In this document: positions 55,388 to 64,000 of the stretch, piece after piece
Layout of the letters: each line of letters begins with the position of its first letter
How positions within the stretch are numbered: the stretch's first letter is position 1
From: Eledone cirrhosa
Taxonomy: Eukaryota
Length of the DNA: 64,000 bases
NCBI GenBank assembly: GCA_964016885.1
Contig: OZ024745.1
Coordinates: 50,840,001 to 50,904,000, forward strand
Direction of reading: 5' to 3'
Position numbers and translations under genes: made by a program
Notes under the pieces: generated by a model
Told to the model about the DNA's origin: nothing
The model's database searches: none
What the model saw: only the letters and a program-made list of their open reading frames with translations

Positions 55388-55478
<91 letters not shown>

Positions 55479-55767
55479 TATACATATATATATATACACA
55501 TACAAACACACATACAAACATACATATACACATACATACATATAAACATATATATACACACATATATACACGTATGCACATACATATATACACATATATA
55601 CATATATATATATATATACACATATATATATACATATATACACATATACATACATATATTTACACACATACATACATATATACATATATACATGCATACA
55701 TACATATACATACATACATACATACATACATACATACATACATACACACACATATATATATATATAT
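54220..55767. repeat. ~1.5-kb compound (TA)n/(CA)n/(TACA)n low-complexity tract
   Basis: Seen directly; source of several spurious long ORFs. Confidence 0.95.
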
Positions 55768-55961
55768 AGGAAAGTGTTTGACCCCGACGGCAGAGCTCAA
55801 GCCGTTCGACGGCTATTTCTGGACTAAAGTAAGAGTTTCTTTTAGTCTGGTAAATAAATAGCCGGCTATTTATTTACCAGACTAAAAGAAACTCTTACTT
55901 TAGTCCAGAAATAGCCGTCGAAATGGCTTGAGCTCTGCCGTCGGGGTCATACTTTCTCCTA
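55767..55961. repeat. Near-perfect spacerless palindrome (~195 bp) inside (TA)n
   Basis: The arms are reverse complements around ...AAATAGCC|GGCTATTT... (centre 55863/55864). Confidence 0.9.
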
Positions 55962-56001
55962 TATATATATATATATATATATATTCTGGGTCCGTCAACC
56001 C

Positions 56002-56086
<85 letters not shown>

Positions 56087-56702
56087 TTATCACACAGTTA
56101 TACTTTCATGATAGAATTAAACAAAAACTTCAATCATTTATCAATTGATTTAAGACCAACGACTTTTCCCAAAGGAACACTAGCACGTCTGAATTTACAT
56201 TTAAATAACATTGCATACGACTATCTTCCACTACACCAGTAAGTAACATTGTTTCGTCATTGGATGATGTATAACATCAATTGGTGATCATGTCGAAGAT
56301 GTACCACAGAAGACTACTTTGGTGTTTAATTATATTTACTAATATTACTTAAAATAATATAAATGGCTATATGAAATTGAATGCGTATTTTAATGCTTAA
56401 AATATTTCTGCCCTAGTGCAATTGTTTATATATATAGTTATATAAATAAGTATTGATTCGTGCAAGCCATATGGCCTATATGAGGGCGTATAGTATGAAC
56501 TTGAGATCTTAATATTTTCGAAGGAACATTAGTGTTGTTTAAACTAAAATCGCTACCTGTGTATCGTTATGAACGATGGGATTAAGTTCTTACACTATGA
56601 TGTTTAATATTGTCCACATTTATATTTAAACTAATCCAAATGTTTTAAGAATGCAATGTTTCAGGGTGTTTATTAAAACCTTTATTTATTTAAACCTTTC
56701 AG

Positions 56703-57080
56703 AATAAACAAGCTCCCAGTAATCAACTATATCGTGATCATTATATTGTCTTGTCAAAAGTAGCCGTTGCCCTGGAACAAGCGTATAAAGATGAATATGA
56801 CACCGAAACTAAAAATGCACTTGAAGATCTGATGTATGATAACCTTTCCTTGTTGTGTGGACTTTATCAGATGTTACTGACTTTTAACATTAACATTCCC
56901 GATTCAGTTAACCGCTCTTTTATGCCGAAAGAATTTCGTGAGATAAAAAATACGTCTAAACGCCACCAAAGGGATTTTGTTATTTTAGTTGAGTACGAAA
57001 ATATTTTGCAAGAAAACATTTCCACATACAGCATAATTAAATACATAAACATTATATTAAATAAATATACGAAAATCTAA
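56703..57080 (+). CDS. Gene B exon 4 (terminal)
   Basis: CCTTTCAG acceptor. Encodes NKQAPSNQLYRDHYIVLSKVAVALEQ...LEDLMYDNLSLLC...VNRSFM...KRHQRDFVILVEYE...TKI*. AATAAA at ~57100 and ~57200. Confidence 0.88.
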   Translation, partial: NKQAPSNQLYRDHYIVLSKVAVALEQAYKDEYDTETKNALEDLMYDNLSLLCGLYQMLLTFNINIPDSVNRSFMPKEFREIKNTSKRHQRDFVILVEYENILQENISTYSIIKYINIILNKYTKI

Positions 57081-57518
57081 AATTTCTAAAAAAAAAAATA
57101 ATAAAAGATATCGTACGAACATTGACCATTTATGGTTACTCTATATATTAATTAACTTAATGCCAACCATTTGCATTACTCACTAATCTCATTAAACTTA
57201 ATAAATTATACAACAATTCTAACAAACATATGTGGTTTCACACAAAAAAACATCACCGGAATGAAATGAATTTTTTTACTTGTGTACTAGAAAACAAAAA
57301 GAAGAAAATCATTTAATTGCAGGGGTTCTCATATCAATTTTTAACAGAATAATATTTATAATATATTTTTTTTATATTTCGGAAATAAAATTATATTTAA
57401 TTTCATTCGAATTCACATCAGAAATTATTTCATTTTATACTTCAATTTGGGTTATAGTCAGGTAAGTACAGGTATATAGTAATATAGTATTTAACAAACA
57501 TTCTCTCTCTCTCCCCCC

Positions 57519-57641
<123 letters not shown>

Positions 57642-57808
57642 AATACGTTGGCATTATGGTTGGCTGCAAGAAAATAGAGAGTTTGCGAAAAAGCCAGAAT
57701 CTTCATTAAACAAATACAAAAACATTTTTCTTTTTGTGAACGTTTTTTGTGATGTTTATGTCAAGCAATACTGTATTGAGTTAATCTTTTCAGAAATCAA
57801 GCAGTATA

Positions 57809-57846
<38 letters not shown>

Positions 57847-58710
57847 ATAAGAGAGTATTGAAGTTTGCTTGAAGCATTGTGGAACAATAAGTAAATATCT
57901 TTAGGTCGTTTGGAAGCCTCGACAATGCAAATGGGTAAATCTCCGGGTAACAAGGTCCGGTGGTGGAGAGAGAGATGTAAGTGGGTGTACGTTGAGATGC
58001 GTGGTGTGTATAACATGTGTGAGATGTGTAGAATGAAGGGAAGAGTATAAAGGATAAAAATAAAAATAACAACACAAGAGAGAGTTACCTTGGGAGAGAT
58101 TTAATAGTCCCTATATATTTCGGATTCACATCCATCAACTGGGTTTTTTTCCGGGGTGGGGCAAAAGGTTGTCTGTCGGACAACTCGGAACGCGTCTTTC
58201 GCTGTTTGTTGATTTGAATATACGTACATAGTTAAATGGTATGTGTGTTCCTTTTTACTTTGCATCTATGTGGTAACGTTCGTCTGTAAATCCATCAAAA
58301 TATCGTCAATATTAATCAATTGACAAGGCTGAAGTGACCAACAAAACATTAATGTTATGGAAGTAAGAGATTTATTTGACTTGGCTTTACTTTACTTATT
58401 ACCCTTTACACCTATCACATGATTGAGACTCTACATGGTCAAATTCTATCCCAGCTTATTATGCAATCTCAAATACAGAAAGAATCATTGGACATATCTC
58501 TCTCTCATAAAAATAAAATTTGTTTAACAGGACTGCTAGGTCGGCTATAAAAAGTCTTACAAGGTCATTGCTTCTTTGGTGAATCTAATTTAATAAGCAA
58601 CTTCAAAACAGTAAGCTCTTTTAGTTATTTTGAAATTATATCCCCATAAATCTATGCTTTACGTTCCTCATTACTCTAAACTACTCTTTAACCCTTGAAG
58701 TTTAAATAAT

Positions 58711-58895
58711 TGTTTCTACTTTAGGCACAAGGCCAGCAATTACCCAGTGCATTACTGGTACTTTATTTTATCGACCCCGTAAGGATGAAAGGCAAAGTCA
58801 ACCTCGGCGGGATTTGAACTCAGATCGTAAAGGGACGTAACTATGCTGGAAAGCATGGCGTCCAACCTTCTACCGATACTGTCAATCCACCGCCT
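58711..58895 (-). mobile_element. Young SINE with 16-bp TSD
   Basis: TTGAAGTTTAAATAAT at 58695-58710 and 58896-58911. Confidence 0.92.
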
Positions 58896-60140
58896 TTGAA
58901 GTTTAAATAATGATATATCGTATGAATAATTAATACTGTCAAAATATCTTATTACTCAAATAATCTTAAGTGTCACTCAACTAATTTTGCAAGTATCCTA
59001 ATAAATGTGTATATTAAAATGCTTAATTAATTAATTCAATCAATATATCTCCGGCTCAGGAAACTAACGAGAACGTCTCATACAAATATGTATGCATTTC
59101 TTTACACTACATTCCAACTTAGTATGTTTTCCAAATAAATCAGCTTTTCAATTCTAGCTATACATTTTCTCTGTCATTCTACTTTGTCATGTTATCAATT
59201 TTAGCGTAATTAGTTTCTCTGTTAATTTTTTACAATGCTGTTTAACTACACTGCTGAAGTAATTTTTATGAAACCTTCTGAAATTGTGTTTTTATATTTA
59301 GACTGAATTAACCTCTATGCTATGTAAAATGCATATTTACTTGTTTCTATAATATTAGGGAATAAACGTATGTTAATGCTAAACTTTCCTGGGATATCAG
59401 AAAGAACACAGTTATACTGTGTATCTAGAAACATCTCAGAGTGTTAATTAACTGAATTTTAAAACAATGATTGAAAATTATTGGTAATATCTATGACAAT
59501 GATAAAGTCGCTATCTGTGATTCAAACGAGTGTTGTTTTAATGAACAAATTGAGATTAAAGATCACCGCATATGCCGCTTCAAAATGGAAGAATGTATAC
59601 GAAATGTAAACATCGAATTTTCGTTTGTGTTTGTCATCTTCATCATGCTCACTATCTCTGATGACACCACTGAGAACCTCATCCACTATCCATTTTTTGG
59701 TTTACACTTATTATCCAGTGGTACTCTGAAAGTCCTTTGACTTGGATTCTTCAAAGTCGTATATTACCTCCATATAGTACAGAAATATTTTCCAAGCATT
59801 GGCTAGAGTTCTAGTCATCAGGGCATTCCATCATAGTTTCTTAAATATTATTATTTTGGAAAAGATGTCTTGATAAATCGAAACTTTCATTATCATTTAA
59901 ACTTTCTTTTAAAGCATTTCCTTTAAATAACTCCGTAAAAGTATGTAAATTATGGAGGCGGCACACAGGCTATCAACCTTCAGTTTGATCAAAGGGAATA
60001 AATGTGTTTTGTTTATAATTTTACATTTGATATATTTTAATATGTTTTTAATTGACTCTGTAAATTACAATTGGATGTATAGCAGAATGTTTATATATTT
60101 GCTGGGTTGCATATGGCCGAACATCCACAATCCCTGTCAT

Positions 60141-60352
60141 CCTGAATTTCGCTGCTATTTCTAGCACGAGTAAAGAGCACTTCGATGTCTACTTTGTGAC
60201 CTTTCGCCCTGAATATAGCTGTTATTTCTGACACATTTACAGACCACTTCTATTTCTACTTTTTTTTTTATCTTTCACCCTGAATTTTGCTATTTCTAGC
60301 ACATGAAAGTCTATTTCGATGGCCACTTTTACCCTTCACCCTGAATTTCGCA
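60141..60352. repeat. Degenerate ~65-bp tandem repeat, ~3 copies
   Basis: CCTGAAT anchors, mostly followed by CTATTTCT, at 60141, 60208, 60279 and 60340. Confidence 0.6.
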
Positions 60353-62443
60353 TTTATTTATAACCAAAGAATTCACTTATTTGCTGGGACACAGGGGTAG
60401 TGGCCATAAATGTAGAATCTGGAGCCATGAGGCTTGCACTTGCTATGGACTTGACCAAGATTACTATTTGTGTGACTTTTGTGAATAAAATGAACATTTT
60501 CGATTCATATATCACACATCTTGAAACTTGTTTTGAATGTAATCATATATATCATTCTATTAGACGTATGTATAATTAAATATTCTTTTTTGACATAATT
60601 TCTGTGAAAATATACTTACATCAATTAAAATATCAATAAAATGTCTTACATATATGCCTTTTACTCTGTAATGCATAGTTATGTTTAGTATTCAAAGTAG
60701 CCCCGGCGTGGGGCTACTTTGAAGAATAAACATTACTGTCAATAACTATATAACGAATTAAGATATTTTTACAATTCTTTGACAAAAGTTGCATATAATA
60801 GGGCTTCTTTGAATTATCTCTATATTAGCAATATCCGTCAACAAAAAATTGAACTATGCGGCATAAAAGATGCAAAGTAACCTGGGTTACGGTATGTCAA
60901 ATGTTACAGATAAATATCACATTCAAAATACAGAAAGACATAACGCTTCCACGTTGGAAGGTTCAATGAAGCTACAACTATTAGTTTACAGCCTTCAAAT
61001 TTGAAGAAAATGTTGTTCATGATGATGGTAAGCATAATATCTGATGTGGTTATTTTTCATTCGTGCTTGTTATTTCCATTTCTATGTAGATGGTCATATT
61101 GTAATATTCTCAGGAAAGATATTTAAGAACCAATATTGTTAAAGATTTGGAGAGGGGATGGGTTCAACCAGGTTTTTAAAATGCCCAAGACACGTCATGA
61201 ATCACGACGGCACCTCCTACGATTACAGCAGTAGTTAAGGGTCCACAGACACAGATTGCTAAAGAAGCCGTTTTATTTAACTTATTGTGAGTTAATGAGA
61301 AGTTATAAGGAATATTGCAATTATTTTTGAAGGTGCACTGGTTTGTGGCTATGTTTAGATATCAGTTCTGCTAAGGAAATGTATAAAAGAGGGGAAAGTG
61401 TGTTGTGACATTCATGCTTTTCCCAAAGACCATAGGGAAACAAAAGAAATTAATTAGTTTCAGTCGGAAATCAAAGGGAGCTTTCAAAGTGATCTCATCA
61501 AGATCTACAATACTTTTTACTAGGGCAAGTATAAATTGTACTTGCAGTAACATTGATAAAGTAAGTTCTCTGGATTTCAATCGAAATTAAAGTTGATTTA
61601 AAACCACAGTATTGATTCTATCGATTTAAAATCGCGGTACTCAATTTATCGATCACCGGAGAGATGAAAGTTAATATTGAATCCAGCCTATAACCCATCG
61701 TTGTTGAGAAGAAGTTAAAGAAAGTGGTGAGAAACTCGTAGGAGAGCTGGACAGCAGAAAGTCTTCAGGGAAGAACCCCCCCCCCCCCACACACAAGGGA
61801 GTGTTTCAGCCCTTAACAGCTTTCAAAGTGATATAAATGTCTTAAACGTTATATCGATAGTGGAGTGAAGCGTTATTTACTGTCACTTTGATAATATTGA
61901 ATTTAATGAACTAACGTTATTTCAAAACTGGAAGTATCGTTGTTGAGAAGTTAAAGAAACCTTATCTCGATAGTGGATTGTAGCGTTATTTACTGTCACT
62001 TAGAAAACATTTTTGACATTTATTTTACATGCTTTCTTTCCTCCTCTTTATTTCATTTGGTGACGTATTTTTGTATATATGTATCTGATTTTCTAAAAAA
62101 AAAAAAATTCTTTGTCCCTCTTCCCTTTCGTTCTCTTTTTTTTTCCATTACTATATATGTTTCTTTACCCCAGATGCAACCTATCAAATTCTAACCAATT
62201 TGGGTCTATTCATTTTTTCTTTTTCTCTTGGTTCTTTTTCTCTTGGTTCTCTCTTTTTATGGAACCCATCGATTAATCTATTATTCACTGCCCCTCTGCC
62301 CCTCCCTCCATACACCTATCTATTTATCCCCCCTCACTATCTTTCTGCATCTCCCTCTTTCTATCCCTTTATACATCTACCAATCACCTCCTTACTTTCC
62401 CTAATTACAATTTCCTGATTCCACTTCCAAAATCCCAGTTAAA

Positions 62444-64000
62444 ATGCCCGCCTACGCCCAGCCTTCCTCCATGCGGGATTTTGACCAGTGCTACTTATGC
62501 GCCACGAACAACAGTTGCAAGAGAGAAAGGAACTGCTCCAACTGTGACAGTTTCATCCACCTTTCTGGCGTAAAACTTACTCGATGCGCACCGGAACCCC
62601 AGCATCAGTGGCACTACTCACGACGCCTATCCCTCTCGACGCTACAGGTGGACAAATGTGCCCAACTTAATGTGGAACCAAACGTGCTCAGGTCGCACGA
62701 GACCCTAGTGGCGCTCCCACGTCAGACAGTCGCGGGGAATCATCACCAGGATCCCCAAATCTACCCGGATTCTAGCAGCGAAGCGCTAGCGTCGTCTATT
62801 GAACGATCACTTGACTCGGGCGGCCCACAAGACTGGAACAAACTGTTTAGCTTTACGACCTTCGAACTCGGGATCCCAATGGCAGTGAACCCGACGTCGA
62901 GGGAGTTTTTAGCCCCTTCCCTGATTTGGAGGCTCAAGGGCAATACCACTTCCTTTTGTGACTCTTCGCCTTCGAGCATCTCGGCCTCTCGCGCAGTCCA
63001 CCGGCGCTGACTCAGCGCACGCAGCCCACTCCCGACTGTACGAATCATCTTCTCGACAGATTCAAAATTAAACGAATTGAGCGTGTCGTTTTGGCTGCGG
63101 TACTTGTGCTGGCCTCGAGCGACACTATACTCCGACCCTCACCGGATGTCCCAGAACCGCTCCGCCATAAACACCTCACCCCCAGCCGAAATCACGTACG
63201 TCCAAGCCCTGGCCCGTAACCTTTCCTTGGCTGCATCAATTGAGGACGTATTAACTGCTCTGAGATCCTTTTCAGGGAGCAGCAGTGGAGGAGTGGACGG
63301 CCTGCGACCCGGTCACCACAGGGACTTTATCTCGCCAAACACTGCTGAGGCAGGAGCCCACCTGCTTCAATCAACCACCGCTCTCACCAACAGTTTCTCC
63401 GCGCCAACCTGCCCTTCCATGCCCGTGATCATTTCTTCTCAGCCAACCTAACTGTTTTGAGGAAGAAAGATGGAGGCGTCCGCCCTATCGCAGTGGGCAA
63501 CCAAGATAGCTTGCAAGTCATTCAAAGATGACCTGAGCGTTAAGCCCTGTCCAGTTCGGAGTGGTAGTAAAGTGTGGATGTGAGGTGGCTGCGCTTGCGG
63601 CCAGACACTTTATAAAGCACATGCCTTCTTCGTCGCCTCGCTTCCTAGTGAAGCTGACATGAGAAACGCTTTCAATAGTGTTAGGCGGGATCACGTCTTA
63701 GAGACGTGTCTTAAATAAACCCCTTCGATATTCCCTCTTCCTCAACCCTTGCACGAAACAACTAACAAAGCATGGTCACTGACAACACAGTCACCTTTGC
63801 TACGGGTGTCTAGCAAGGTGACCCACATAGTCCGCGCCTCTTTGCTCTGGCTGTCGATAACGTTAACCGCTCTGCCCGGTTGCCCTTCAACGTCTGGTAT
63901 CTGGACGAAGTGACCCTGTGTGGCTCGGCTGAGTCGGTAATTGAGGACATTCGGCAAATCTTCCTAGCTAAAACCTCCTCGGACTCAAGGTCAACCAATC
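62444..64000 (+). mobile_element. Decayed CRE-clade-like LINE (PHD-like finger + RT), runs off the right edge
   Basis: C..C...CSNC...IH.. at the N-terminus. RT motifs SSGGVDGLRP.H, LRKKDGGVRPIAVG, MRNAFNSVRR, QGDP and WYLD, with stops and frameshifts. Confidence 0.8.

Noticed and set aside
54136-55753. Long Y/I/V/C/M-rich ORFs, and similar ones at 13.0, 20.5, 38.9, 42.1 and 47.6 kb
   Set aside because: Translations of (TA)n/(CA)n/(TG)n microsatellites.
58118-58143. Second hammerhead-like remnant on the minus strand (GGAT-GTGA-ATCC-GAAA)
   Set aside because: The core reads CAGUUGA rather than CUGANGA, so it cannot be supported as a ribozyme.

Overview
AT-rich, microsatellite- and transposon-dense eukaryotic DNA. 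The repeat repertoire (tRNA-derived SINEs, Tx1, CRE, RTE and R4-like LINEs, a DD41D transposon, Helitrons, hAT MITEs) suggests an invertebrate, most likely an octopod cephalopod; this is inference. Most ORF-track entries are microsatellite artefacts or decayed TE fragments. The main result is two tandem, paralogous 4-exon genes on the + strand, assembled by hand from GT/AG sites. Gene A: 23345-23366, 25097-25365, 27726-27821, 28067-28384 (234 aa). Gene B: 34684-34705, 52040-52287, 53000-53095, 56703-57080 (247 aa). Both have intron phases 1-0-0, a 22-nt first coding exon, a 96-nt third exon, a signal-peptide-like N-terminus, a PWxHPC motif, and a helical C-terminal region (LEDLxxDNLSxLC...VxRSxM...RxxRDxxxxVxYE). 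They look like secreted long-chain helical cytokines of the Unpaired/IL-6-like class. Their upstream regions are duplicates of each other, and a third, inverted and truncated copy lies at ~17.7-18.3 kb; all three keep a C/EBP-like site. The introns of gene B contain a type I hammerhead ribozyme fold (antisense), near-perfect foldbacks, and a SINE insertion that captured an inverted copy of neighbouring DNA.
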